A DNA stretch of 64,000 bases. It comes from an uncultured Chthonomonadaceae bacterium. Lineage in GTDB: Bacteria; Armatimonadota; Chthonomonadetes; Chthonomonadales; Chthonomonadaceae. The DNA is taken from the NCBI GenBank assembly GCA_963817895.1, contig CAWFQB010000007.1, positions 32,001 to 96,000 on the forward strand, written 5' to 3'. The notes below the pieces were generated by a model. The model was not told the DNA's origin. It did not search any database and was given only the letters and a program-made list of their open reading frames with translations. Positions 52,735 to 63,518 of this stretch are shown piece by piece. The first letter of the stretch is position 1; each line of letters opens with the position of its first letter. The position numbers were made by a program, and so were the translations under genes.

Positions 52735-55233
52735 CTTATTTGTGTGCTCAGGGTTGGTAAATCTATCACTTGCCGAACCATTGGGAGGCCGGATGAGGCA
52801 AACGCGAAGTCCTGAGAGCGCCTTGAAACGAGAAAAGCAAGAGCAATATGTAGAGGCATCGTCGAAATAATGGCAATGCAGCGCTTCCAGCACTCCGCCT
52901 CGATAGTGTATACAATTGTACAAAGGAGACAGTCATGGCCTCCGCTATGTTCAGGGCGCTCGGATGGGAGCCGGCATCTTTTTGCACCTCCTTCCCTTGT
53001 TCGTGGGGACGGTATTAGGTTTTTGGCAAGCAGGGTATATTAACACTGGTCGGCGTTTTTAGAAGTATCGCAGCGCCGTTTTCGCGAAAATAGTTCGCCG
53101 TTTTCGCGAAAATAGTTGAAGGGGGGTTGTACCCTGATGCGCCGGGTTTCACCTTCGCCCTGCAAGGCAGAGGGCGAAGGGGCGCTACATTGACAGGTTT
53201 GCGCTTGCAACGTGGGCGATATCGTCGGTTCGGGAAGTTAACCATTTACGGACCCTTAGTGAGAAAATCAGGCAAACCATTCATAGCTGGAATGTATTGG
53301 ATTGAAGTCGCGCGCTTCCAAACCGCAGTGATTTTAATCAGCAGGTAATCAGCAGGATGCTTATGCTCACATGGCGAATTATACTGTAGTTCGTTATTCT
53401 AAACTCGCCTTGTTTCTGGTTTGTAATGTTCGTTCCATTGGGAGAAGACAATGCCGCTTGCAGAAACATTGATTTCCAATGTCGCCCCGGCCATCGCCAA
53501 AGGAATTTTGAAGCGTTGGATTAAAGACGATGTCGGCTTCTTTACAGGGGGCGGCATTGTTGATGCTGTTAAGGCAATAACAACAGACGCCTTCGCGCAA
53601 CAGAAGGGCAAGAATCAATTCGAGAGTATTGGAATACAAGTCGCGGAAAGCCTGTTGCCGATATTTGAAGTGGAAGGCGGACGGTTGGATGAAGGGTCGC
53701 GAAATGCTGTTGCAGCAACTCTTGCCGAAGCTCTGAACAAAGCTGTTATTACGCCCAAGTTGCTTGCTGAAAAAGACCTTGATCCGACAAACCTTGCGAG
53801 ACACCTTAAAGCGGCTATTCCTGACGCAACCAAAAACTACTCACAAGATGAAACTGCGCTTTATGATCGCCTCATCAGCGAATGTAGCCAGTGCATCATT
53901 GATATTGCGTCACAACTGCCGCAGTTCACCGAACGCACTATTGCCGAAGTTCTGCGGCGTGAAGGCCAGTTACTTGATGTTGCTAAGAAGACGCTAGACG
54001 AAGTTCAGCGTATCCGACTTGTAAGTGAAAAATTCAGTCTTGGGGACAAATCAAGACGTTTTGAAGAAGACTACTGTAAATCAGTGCTTCGTACTCTTGA
54101 TAAACTTGAACTTTTTGGAGCTACTCTCTCGCCTGCTAGTTCGCGTCATAAGTTGAGCGTCGCGTATGTAACGCTTTCAGTGCGTCAGCAGGGTTCACAA
54201 GCATCAAATGAACTGCATCAAGAACAAGCAACAGGACTAACCCGCGCTGTGAACTCTATGCCGATTTCACTTCTTCGTTCTAAAGATCAGTTGCAAGAAC
54301 AAAAACAGGAGAATAGCGATTATGATGTTTTATGGAAGTATATGCCGGTAGACCAAATGCTTGGTCGTTCCAAATCTTTACTGCTGCGAGGAGCGACTGG
54401 CTCAGGAAAAACCACTCTTTTGCAATGGATAGCAGTACAATCGGCATCAAGAGCGTTTGATTCTACCCTAGCATATTGGAACGACACAGTTCCTTTTCTA
54501 ATCAGGTTGCGGGACTTCTCGCGACGCCCAATGCCACGTCCAGAAGATTTTCCAAGTTTGATTAGTCCTAACCTTGCAGGCGCAATGCCCACAGGTTGGG
54601 TTCATGATCAACTTAGTTCTGGCAGGGCAATAGTTTTGGTTGATGGCGTTGACGAAGTGCCAGAACAGCAACGTGAACAAGTCCGTGAGTGGATTCAGGA
54701 TTTGGTTCAGACATTTCCTAAATGTCGCTATATAGTTACAGCTCGTCTCCACATTGATGCAGGTTGGTTGCAAAGAAATGTGTTCCATGATGCAGAACTT
54801 CAGCCAATGGATGTTACAGGCATCGCGGAGTTTGTAGACCATTGGCACAATGCTGCCATGCAGGCTCTTGCTGAAGAAAAGAACTACACTGACTTGAACG
54901 ATTTAGCTACAGACTTCAAGGAGCAAGTTAAAAGTAATTTATCAATACGCCATCTTGCAACAAACCCATTGCTATGCGCTATGCTGTGCGCGCTACATCG
55001 GGATAGACATCGTCGAGTTCCCGAAAGTCGGATAGCCCTGTACAAAGCATGCAGTGAAATGTTAATACATAGAAGAGATAATGAACGTGATATTGACCTT
55101 CGGGATTATCCGTCTTTGGATTACGAGCAGAAGCGTCTGCTGCTTGATGATTCCCTGTGTGCCACAATAGGTTGAGACAAAATCCCGTACACGAAATAGT
55201 GTAGATCGCCAGGGCGGAGAATGGATTTCTCAG

Positions 55234-55680
55234 ATGAATACGCCGTTGACAGACAGCCCAACCACTCGCCTCACCAACAATGGACACCACAGCGCGCCCT
55301 CCCCCGCGCTGCGCCCGGAGGCGCAGGTGCAAACGCGCCCCACGCGCCGCCGCTTTACCGCTGCGTACAAGCTGCGCATCCTTAAAGAAGCCGACGCCTG
55401 CGTCAAGCCGGGAGAGTTGGGGGCGCTGCTTCGCCGCGAAGGGCTGTACTCCTCCACGCTTGCCAACTTCCGCAAACTGCGCGAGGCGGGTCAGTTGGGC
55501 GAGAAGAACTCTGCCCAGGCGCAGAAGCAGCGCAAAGACAAAGAAGCCGCCCGCCAACGCGATGCCCGCAGGATGGCCGCTCTGGAAACCGAGAACCAGA
55601 AACTGCGCGTTCTGCTGGAACTCCAAAAAAAAGTAGCGGCCTTGCTCGACCTGACACTGGAAGAAACGCCGCCCGAATAA
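55234..55680 (+). CDS. IS3-family transposase OrfA
   Basis: RRRFTAAYKLRILKEA..GALLRREGLYSS HTH, followed by a coiled coil. Confidence 0.9.
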   Translation: MNTPLTDSPTTRLTNNGHHSAPSPALRPEAQVQTRPTRRRFTAAYKLRILKEADACVKPGELGALLRREGLYSSTLANFRKLREAGQLGEKNSAQAQKQRKDKEAARQRDARRMAALETENQKLRVLLELQKKVAALLDLTLEETPPE

Positions 55681-56708
55681 GCCTGGTTGCCGAAGCGGGC
55701 GCAACGACCGGGATTGGCCGCGCCTGTGATGCGGTGCAACTGAGCCGCGCCCGCTTCTACCGGGAGCAACACGCTGGTACGGGCACAATCCAAGAAGGCG
55801 TCCTTGTTCCCAAAGCACAACGGGGTTCTCCTCGCCGCTTGTCGGAAGAGGAACGCGCCCTGTTGCTCAATCTACTCTTGTCGGAACGCTTTGTAGACGC
55901 TTCGCCCCGGCAGGTGTATGCGCAATTGCTGCAAGAAGGCGTGTATCACGCTTCCTATCGCACGATGTATCGCCTGCTGCACGAACACCAAGCCATCTGT
56001 GAGCGTCGGCGGGTTCGCAGGCATCCGGCGTATAGCAAACCTGAACTTAAGGCAACCGGCCCTAATCAGGTGTGGACATGGGACATCACCTACTTGAAGA
56101 CGCCCATTCGGGGTCGCTTCTATTACTTATATGTGGTTATGGACATCTACAGTCGTTATGTGGTCGGCTGGATGCTCGCAGACCGGGAGTGTCAATACCT
56201 GGCGCACAAGCTGCTGCAAGAAACCTGTCGTAAATACAACATCGCGCCTAACCAACTCACCCTCCATGCGGATCGCGGCGGGCCGATGAAAAGCCAGTCG
56301 GTAGCGCAGCTCTTACTTTCGTTGCAGGTGACCCGTTCGCACAGCCGCCCGCGTGTCAGCAACGACAACCCGTACTCGGAAGCCGGGTTCAAAACGATGA
56401 AGTACAGCGCCTACTTCCCGGAGCGCTTTAGCAGCCAGGAAGACGCGCAGACGTTCTGCCAGGACTACTTTGTCGGGTACAATACGTGCCACCACCATAC
56501 CGGCTTGGTGTTGCTTACGCCCGAACAGGTGCATTTCGGCGAAGCAACGCAGGTATTGGCGCAGCGGCAAGTCACGTTAGATAACGCCTATGCCGCGCAT
56601 CCGCAACGCTTTCGAGAGCGTCCGCAGGCGGGGCAGTTACCCGACGTCGTCTGGATCAATGCGCCTGCGTTGCCCGTTGGCGAAGGCACAGCACCGGTTG
56701 CCGGTTGA
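55677..56708 (+). CDS. IS3-family DDE transposase OrfB
   Basis: WTWDITYL, LHADRG, NDNPYSEAGFKTMK; reachable by -1 shift at the A8G run 55625-55633. Confidence 0.9.
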   Translation: MSLVAEAGATTGIGRACDAVQLSRARFYREQHAGTGTIQEGVLVPKAQRGSPRRLSEEERALLLNLLLSERFVDASPRQVYAQLLQEGVYHASYRTMYRLLHEHQAICERRRVRRHPAYSKPELKATGPNQVWTWDITYLKTPIRGRFYYLYVVMDIYSRYVVGWMLADRECQYLAHKLLQETCRKYNIAPNQLTLHADRGGPMKSQSVAQLLLSLQVTRSHSRPRVSNDNPYSEAGFKTMKYSAYFPERFSSQEDAQTFCQDYFVGYNTCHHHTGLVLLTPEQVHFGEATQVLAQRQVTLDNAYAAHPQRFRERPQAGQLPDVVWINAPALPVGEGTAPVAG

Positions 56709-57935
56709 GTGGCGAGGAATGACTGCTCGCTACATAAAAATACTTTCGCTTTTTGTCTCAAAATCCTTGACACATTCCGATTTAGCCTTTTGGATGATGG
56801 AGAATAGTTATTCTGTAGCACCTATGGAAGAAACTATAAACCGTCTTAATTGGCGAGCTACAGGATTACAGGGTCTTCCTGAGAACGCAAATGCTGAAAG
56901 TATTATGAAGCTTCTACTCGAAAGAACTGGTATTTTGCGGCAACCAGTTGTCGGGCAGTTGGACTTTGCACATAGATCATTTCAAGAATTCTTTGCAGCT
57001 CAAGCCGCAATAGATGCAGGAAACGTAAACGTTTTAGTAGATCATGCTACTGATGACCAGTGGCATGGCACTATTGTACTGGCAGCAGGTCTCGCGAGAG
57101 GCAAGGCTGGGAACAACTTGCTTGATGGTCTTATCAACCGAGGTGACAAAGAAACCAAGTTCCGCTATCAATTGCATCTACTTGCAACAGCTTGTCTTGA
57201 CACTGCGATTGAGTATAGTCAAAAAACAAAAGAAAAGATAGTTGCTCGCCTAACCCCTCTTGTTCCGCCGAAAAATTTTTCAGAGGCAGCATCTTTAGCG
57301 TCAGCGGGAGAACTTGCTATTCCTCACCTTGCTGCTTCAGAGGCGCTTACTGATAAGATTGCCGCTTCCTGTGTACGAACATTAGCTTTAATCGGGGGTG
57401 AAAGAGCCTTGGATGTTCTAGCTAACTATGCTGATGATAATCGCAGGATCGTACAAGCAGAATTACTTCACGCGTGGCATCGTTTCGACTCCAACATTTA
57501 CGGACGTAAAGTATTATCTAACATGTATAAAGATGATCCCTTTCTTGAATTCCGTGACCTTTCTTCTCTTGAAGGCCTTCAGTATTTGGAGAACCTTGAA
57601 ACTTTGTACCTGATAAAGTGCAAAAAGGTAGTTGACCTTACTCCTCTGTCTAAATTAGTCAAATTGACAGAGCTTTATCTCGTAGGCTGTGAACAAATCA
57701 CAAATCTTGAGCCATTGCAAACACTTACGCAACTAAATAAACTTGATCTAAGAGAATGTAAAATGGTTCATGATCTTTCACCCTTGAAGGCCTTGCCAAA
57801 TCTGTCCTTATTGGACTTGCGCTCAACATCAGGCACACTTGTTGACAATTACAAGGTTCTTAGGGAAGCGGGACTGCTAAAAGCAACACTGCATTCATAA
57901 TTTCGATATTGAGGGAGTACAATTTGGCTACCCAC

Positions 57936-58253
57936 ATGTTTACAATAACTATGTCCGATGAAGTGCTTGCTCAATTGAGGATACGAGCGCAGAAGCAAAA
58001 AGCGCCGAGTTTGGAAGATTATGTTCGTGTTCTGATAGAGAAGGATGTCGAAACAGACAAACAGTTGTCTTCTGATTCAAACGACTCTGTTGCGACAACA
58101 CGTTCGCTGGCGGACATTTTAGCGCCAGTTCATCAGCAGGTAGAAGCCAGTGGCATCTCTGATGAGGAACTGGATGCGCTTTTCGACACGTTACGTGATG
58201 AGGTTTACAAGGAAAAGCAGGAAGCAAAACATCCTGTAGGACAGACAGCGTGA
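57936..58253 (+). CDS. Ribbon-helix-helix-like / antitoxin-like small protein
   Basis: TITMSDEVLAQLRIRAQ..SLEDYVRVLIE; C-terminal SGISDEELDALF. Confidence 0.6.
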   Translation: MFTITMSDEVLAQLRIRAQKQKAPSLEDYVRVLIEKDVETDKQLSSDSNDSVATTRSLADILAPVHQQVEASGISDEELDALFDTLRDEVYKEKQEAKHPVGQTA

Positions 58254-58306
58254 ACCCGGTTTCTGCGGAAAGAGTGAAAGAGAATTCTGAAACGAGAGAA
58301 GCAGTT

Positions 58307-60230
58307 ATGCTACAAAATCAGTCTTCATCGTCTATTGTGCTTCAACCCGGCGCGTTTACGCCCCTGCCGCTCGGCGGCATTTTGCCGCGTGGCTGGCTGC
58401 TGAAATCAGTGCCGTATTCAGGCGGACGGTCTGACCGGGCATCTGGAAGAGTTCTGGCCCGATCTTGGCCCGGATAATATGTGGCTTGGCGGCAGTCGGG
58501 AGGGATGGGAGCGCGGCCCCTACTATCTCGACGGGCTGGTTCCCCTCGCCCATCTGCTTGGGGATACGCGGCTGATCGGCATGGCGCAAAAGTGGATTGA
58601 CAGCATCCTTTCCATGCAAGATGAGACGGGTTGGATCGGGCCGGTTCGCTCAACGGCCTCCTCCCGGTCGTATGACCAGTGGCCGATTTTCATTGTGTTC
58701 AAGGTGTTGACGCAACACTTTGAGGCGACGGGCGACGCGCGCGTGATTCCGGTCATGCTGAATTTCGCCCGCTATCTGCGCGACACGCTGGACGAGCGGC
58801 CTCTGTTCTCGTGGGGGCAGATGCGTTGGGCCGATCTGGTTTTGTCGCTGCACTGGCTTTACGAACATACGAACGGCAACGAGAGCAGCGAGGATACCGG
58901 CTGGCTGCTGGACGTGGCGCGGAAAGCGCAGACACAGGGCTACGATTGGCGCGAACACTTTGAGAATTTTCGCTTCACGGAAAAGAACCCACCCGGTGAC
59001 ATAACGCTAAATACGCATGTCGTCAACAACGCGATGGCTGTCAAATGCGGCGGAATCGCGTGGCGGCAAAGCGGGGAGGAAGCCGACAAAGCAAGCGTTT
59101 ACAAAACCATAGAGATGCTGGACACGTATCACGGGCAGGCAACGGGCATGTTCGGCGGCGATGAGCATTATGCGGGCAAGAACCCGTCACAGGGTACGGA
59201 GTTGTGCGCGGTTGTGGAATATATGTACTCGCTGGAAGAATTGCTGGCGACGTTGGGCGATCCTGCTTTTGCCGACCGGCTGGAAAATATCGCGTATAAC
59301 GCCCTGCCCGCCACCTGTACCCCCGACTTTTGGGCGCATCAGTACGATCAACAGGTAAATCAGGTGTCCTGCACGATTGACAAGCGGCAGTGGACTTCCA
59401 ACAACGACGACAGCAACATTTACGGGCTGGAACCCAACTTCGGCTGCTGTACGGCGAACATGCACCAGGGCTGGCCCAAACTGGTTTCCCGTCTGTGGAT
59501 GGCGACGCCGGAGGGCGGATTGGCGGCAGTGGCGTATGGCCCGTGCGTGGTCACAACTCAGGTGGGCAGTGGCGCGACGGTGACAATCACCGAAGACACC
59601 GAGTACCCGTTCCGCGACACAATCGGCTTCACCATTCAGTGCGCGTCACCGACGGAATTCCCGCTGACACTGCGTATTCCCGCATGGACGGAGCGGGCCA
59701 TCATTCAAGTCGGGCATGAACAGATTGAAAAGCATCTGAAACCCGGAACCTGGCACACGCTGGACCGAACCTGGCACAACGGCGATACGGTCCGGCTTAC
59801 CCTGCCACAGCATATTCATCTGGAACGCCGCTTCCACAGTTCGGTATCGGTTTCGCGCGGGCCGCTGGTGTACGGACTGCGCATCGGGGAGCGATTCGAG
59901 CCGATTGGCGGGGTTGCGCCCCATTGCGACTACGCCGTTCACGCCACCACGCCCTGGAACTACGGCCTTGTAATTGACGAACACACGCACAGCAGCGGCC
60001 TTGCCGTCCGCGAACAGCCGCTCGGCGACACGCCCTTCGCGCCCGATGCCGCGCCCGTCGTGATAACCGCCCCGGCCAAACGGGTTCCGCAGTGGCAAAT
60101 GGAGCAGAACTCTGCAGGAACCTTGCCCCAAAGCCCGGTACAGACAGATACGCCCCTAGAAACCGTGGAACTCATCCCCTACGGCAGCACCAATCTGCGT
60201 ATCGGCGAATTTCCTACTATTGGAAATTGA
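58307..60230 (+). CDS. GH127-like beta-L-arabinofuranosidase domain protein (frameshift near 5' end)
   Basis: GWERGPYYLDG, THVVN, GTELCAVVE, ADRLE.IAYNALP, GCCTANMHQGWPK, TEYPF, LRIPAW. Confidence 0.88.
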
Positions 60231-60280
60231 ACACTATCCTTTGCGACATACTCTACACGAATGTACAGGAGGTGAACCTA

Positions 60281-60703
60281 ATGAATGTTCGCTCAAGAAA
60301 CGGGAAAAGTAGCGAATTATTTGTCGCAGGCGAGTTAATACGTAATGGTCTTGATGTATATTTACCGTGCGTTGATGATCAAGCCATTGATATGATTATC
60401 CGTTCGCCAGTAGGCAACTCGGTCAAGCATTATGATGTTCAAGTGAAAAGCGTGTCAGGGCATAACCGAGTAGTAGGGCTGAAAGATATTGAAGAGAAGA
60501 ACGATAATTACATTCTAATCGTTCACTATCGCCATGAAAATAAACCTGATGAGTGTTTCTACCTTACTCGTAGTCAAGTTCTCCAATTTCACAGAAAAGA
60601 ATACAAATGGGGTGATTTGATCCTCTACAAAAGTGACAGGGAGATGCTGGTATCTCAATCGTTATCATTGTTATCAACAAAGATTAAAAACAATGAAATT
60701 TGA
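60281..60703 (+). CDS. Small PD-(D/E)XK nuclease-fold protein (low GC)
   Basis: GKSSELFVAGEL..DDQAIDMII..YDVQVKS; AGGAGG SD. Confidence 0.75.
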   Translation: MNVRSRNGKSSELFVAGELIRNGLDVYLPCVDDQAIDMIIRSPVGNSVKHYDVQVKSVSGHNRVVGLKDIEEKNDNYILIVHYRHENKPDECFYLTRSQVLQFHRKEYKWGDLILYKSDREMLVSQSLSLLSTKIKNNEI

Positions 60704-60752
60704 CTTTGTGCCACTGAATACATTTGATTAGTTGCTGCATCGGATTCTTGAT

Positions 60753-61673
60753 CTATGCCCAACTCAGGTCACGGCTGATGAGCAGTTCCGTCATAGCGGC
60801 GTGGTGTGTGTTCTTCATGGGGATCGCCAGCGTCTCGAAGTGGTGTTTTGCCGCCAGTTCGCATACGCCCGGCGCGTTGTCGTAGGTCATCAGGAAATCG
60901 CCCCGCAAGGCTGCGGCAATGCGGAACAGTTCCTCGTGATCCAGTTCGTTGTGGGCATACAGGCGCGAACCGGCTTTCTTGCCTGCGGCGGTATAGGGCG
61001 GGTCAATGAAGAAAACTGCATCCGAGCGGTGGGCATTGTCGCGCAAAACTTGAAGCCCGTCGCCCTGCACAAAGCGGATGCGGTCGGCAACAGTGGCGAT
61101 GTTGTCAATGCGCGTTTGCAGCGTTTGCGGATACCAGCGCGACGCCAGCCCTTTGCCGTTTTCGCCATGTTTGAGGCGTCCGCTTCCCGGCGCTAAAATG
61201 CCGCCGTGATTGATACGGTTGCGCAGCACAGTTTGAAAAGCTTGTTCGCGTAGATTAGAAGCAGAGCGGTCAAGTTCCGCCTGTATGTTTTCAGGCGTGA
61301 GGTTGAAGTTTATAATTTTTTTCGCCAGCCATGCCGCGTCACCACAAAGAATGGTTTGCTACACGGCAGCCACATCCGCGTCCAGTTCCACCATTGTAAC
61401 GGCTTCCGCCAGCCTTTCAAAAGCAACGGTCAGGCTGATAATGCCGCCGCCCGCGAACGGCTCTATAAACTCCATCGGTTTTTCAGAACGTCCGGCAAGC
61501 CATTGCCGCAAACGTGGAACAAACCACGTTTTGCCACCGGGATAGCGAAACGGACTGCGCTGTGGAACCGACGCGACATTGACAATGGCTTCGCTTTTCG
61601 GCGCATCAAACAGCGCATACTGATATGCCGGTTCACAAACTTGTATCAAGGGGGTTGGACACGGTTCCGCCAC
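60753..61673 (-). pseudogene. D12-class DNA adenine methyltransferase with in-frame TAG at 61359-61361
   Basis: SPFRYPGGK, EPFAGGG, FFIDPPY; both ORF pieces are in one frame, separated only by GTG-TAG-CAA. Confidence 0.85.
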
Positions 61674-62508
61674 TGTTCAATCTCCTGTTGAGTTGCGCCT
61701 GCAACTGTCCCATAAAAGCGCCCTCGTCACCAGCCTCCGAGCGAGTGATCTTCAACAACGCGGCTTCAAATTTGGTGTAGATGATCTTGTGACGCGCAAG
61801 TTGATAGCGGTTCTGCATGGCATCGTGGAGCGTATCGTAGATCAGCCAAGCCATATCTGCATCGGCTTTGTCTACTTCCTCCAGTTTGGGCAGAGTGTTG
61901 TAGAAGCCACGATGCAGCGCGACCGCCATTTTGCGCTGCCACGAGTTTAAGATACCGCCTTTGAAGATCAGTTGCGGAGCCAGACGTTTGCGGGAGGAGG
62001 AAAGATAATCCGGGCGCGGGTAGTTGCGCTGACGCTTCCAATCCATGTCGAAGCGCGTTAGTGGGTCTTCCATGTAGTGTTCAAAGGGCGTTCGCACATT
62101 GCCCGAAATATAAACCGCCTGCACTTCCAACGCGCCGTAATCTACCACGCGGCCCAATTTATCATAAGAGATGAGTACCACATCAATGTTGCCGGCGGAT
62201 TTGCCTGCGCGGTCATTAAGCTGTACCTCCGTCAGTGAAGTCCAAGCCGCATCCGGCGGAAAGAAGAACTCGGCGGCATCGGTGGCTATGCGCCAATCCT
62301 GCCGAAACCGAACGGGGCAGGTAATCGCCACTTCGCCGCCCGTGCCGAATACGCTGCACACGCCAAGCGGATTTTCGACGCTGCTTTTGGTACAATTCGG
62401 TGAGGTGTTGTTGAAGGGACACAGACGATTACTGCGAACGCGGTCTGCGTCAGGAGAAAGATTATCGGTAGGAAAGCCAAACCCTTCGGCTAAGGGATGG
62501 TTGGGCAT
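61633..62508 (-). CDS. NotI-family restriction endonuclease
   Basis: CPF..CTK..LGVCS..TCPVRF Cys4 motif; GNIDVVL..GALEVQAVYISG; RPDYLSSSRKRLAPQL. Confidence 0.85.
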   Translation of the reverse strand: MPNHPLAEGFGFPTDNLSPDADRVRSNRLCPFNNTSPNCTKSSVENPLGVCSVFGTGGEVAITCPVRFRQDWRIATDAAEFFFPPDAAWTSLTEVQLNDRAGKSAGNIDVVLISYDKLGRVVDYGALEVQAVYISGNVRTPFEHYMEDPLTRFDMDWKRQRNYPRPDYLSSSRKRLAPQLIFKGGILNSWQRKMAVALHRGFYNTLPKLEEVDKADADMAWLIYDTLHDAMQNRYQLARHKIIYTKFEAALLKITRSEAGDEGAFMGQLQAQLNRRLNSGGTVSNPLDTSL

Positions 62509-62595
62509 AATGCCTGCTTATTCGCGCTTGCGAGGCAATTTTCCTCTGCAAGCATTAAAATTATGCCCAACCACTCACTTGTTGTTCATAGTGTA

Positions 62596-63248
62596 TCAGC
62601 GGGCAATGGCAATGCTGCGGTCAAGGCGAACGCCCATTTTGGTTCCTACCTTCAAATCCACATCCCGCGTGGATTTGCCGCTCTTGATAACGGAACCCGC
62701 GCCGTAGCCCAGCCCCGCGCCAAGTAACGTGTCCACCAGCGTACCCTTGCGCCCTGTGAGGACGTTGACCAGCAGACCCGCGCCCGCGCCGATGCCGACG
62801 TAGGTGAGACGGCTGGGGCCATTGTTGCCCGATTTGGCGACCAGTCTGCCGTCCTTGCGCGTGACGGTTTTGCTGTTTGGGTCAATGGGCGTTCCGCTGA
62901 TAGGATAGGAGCGGCCGCCGGGCATCACGATGCGGGTGAAATCCAGGTCCAACTTGCCGGGTTCTTTGCCGCTTTTGGCTTCGGCGGAGCGCACAACCCC
63001 TTCCACTTTCGTGCCGTCCGGCAGTCCGGCGTTGTTGTTGCCATCCCCATTGTTGACGGTTGCGGTAAACGCATCGCCTTTGCGCCGTCTTTGGAGTTCA
63101 GGGCGTCGTTGAGTTTGACCGCGATCACCGTGCCGGATTCCAGCGTCGTTCGATTGCGCTGTCCCTGCGCGGGCAATGCCAGAGTTACCGGGAGCAGCAA
63201 CGCGGTCAATCCCATCGCCGCTGCCTGTTTGAAACTATTGCGTATCAT
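62596..63248 (-). CDS. Secreted hypothetical protein (TrbI-like beta domain, Gly-zipper; frameshifted)
   Basis: Signal peptide; GTVIAVKLNDAL, LPDGTKVEGVV, IGAGAG..LLGAGLG. Confidence 0.7.
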
Positions 63249-63518
63249 GTTTTTCCTCTTTCCTGCCGTATTCATGTTGACGGCAGCACAAAAAAGTAGC
63301 CGTATCTATGCAGATAGACGTAACAGGCGTACATTCCGTTCCTTTGTTCCATCCCAGCACACGCAGTGGAAAATATGCCGCCCCTGATTGTTTCTACCCT
63401 CCTCCGGCAAACATACTTTTGTCGCAAACGTATGATTATGGAGTGATATGTAAGCGTTTGGCAGGGACAGAGCGCCTTTCAAAACGGCTTTACTTTCAGG
63501 CGGCAAGGCGGGCAGAAC

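Larger units (their letters stand above)
55153..56778 (+). mobile_element. IS3-family insertion sequence with 4-bp GATT target duplication
   Basis: Imperfect IRs sharing TTGAGACAAAA / TTTTGTCTCAA; GATT at 55149-55152 and 56779-56782; orfA plus orfB. Confidence 0.88.
53451..57900 (+). pseudogene. NACHT NTPase plus C-terminal LRR (NLR-like STAND protein) interrupted by IS
   Basis: Walker A RGATGSGKTT, Walker B VLVDGVDE, NPLLCAMLC, FAHRSFQEFFAA, C-terminal LRRs. Joining 53451-55152 to 56783-57900 restores ...LLLDDLAFW... (939 aa). Confidence 0.9.

Noticed and set aside
52785..52830. Hammerhead-like motif (CGGATGAG..GCGAAG)
   Set aside because: Core deviates from CUGANGA/GAAA and stems I and III cannot be formed convincingly
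52940..53030. 6S RNA-like GGGAGCCGGCATC motif
   Set aside because: The long closing stem and central bubble could not be identified
56590..56782. N-terminus of the 436-aa ORF as an independent gene
   Set aside because: It is read-through from IS sequence into the 3' half of the NACHT gene
61359..61361. Genome-wide amber recoding
   Set aside because: TAG is the normal stop for many genes here; only one in-frame case seen
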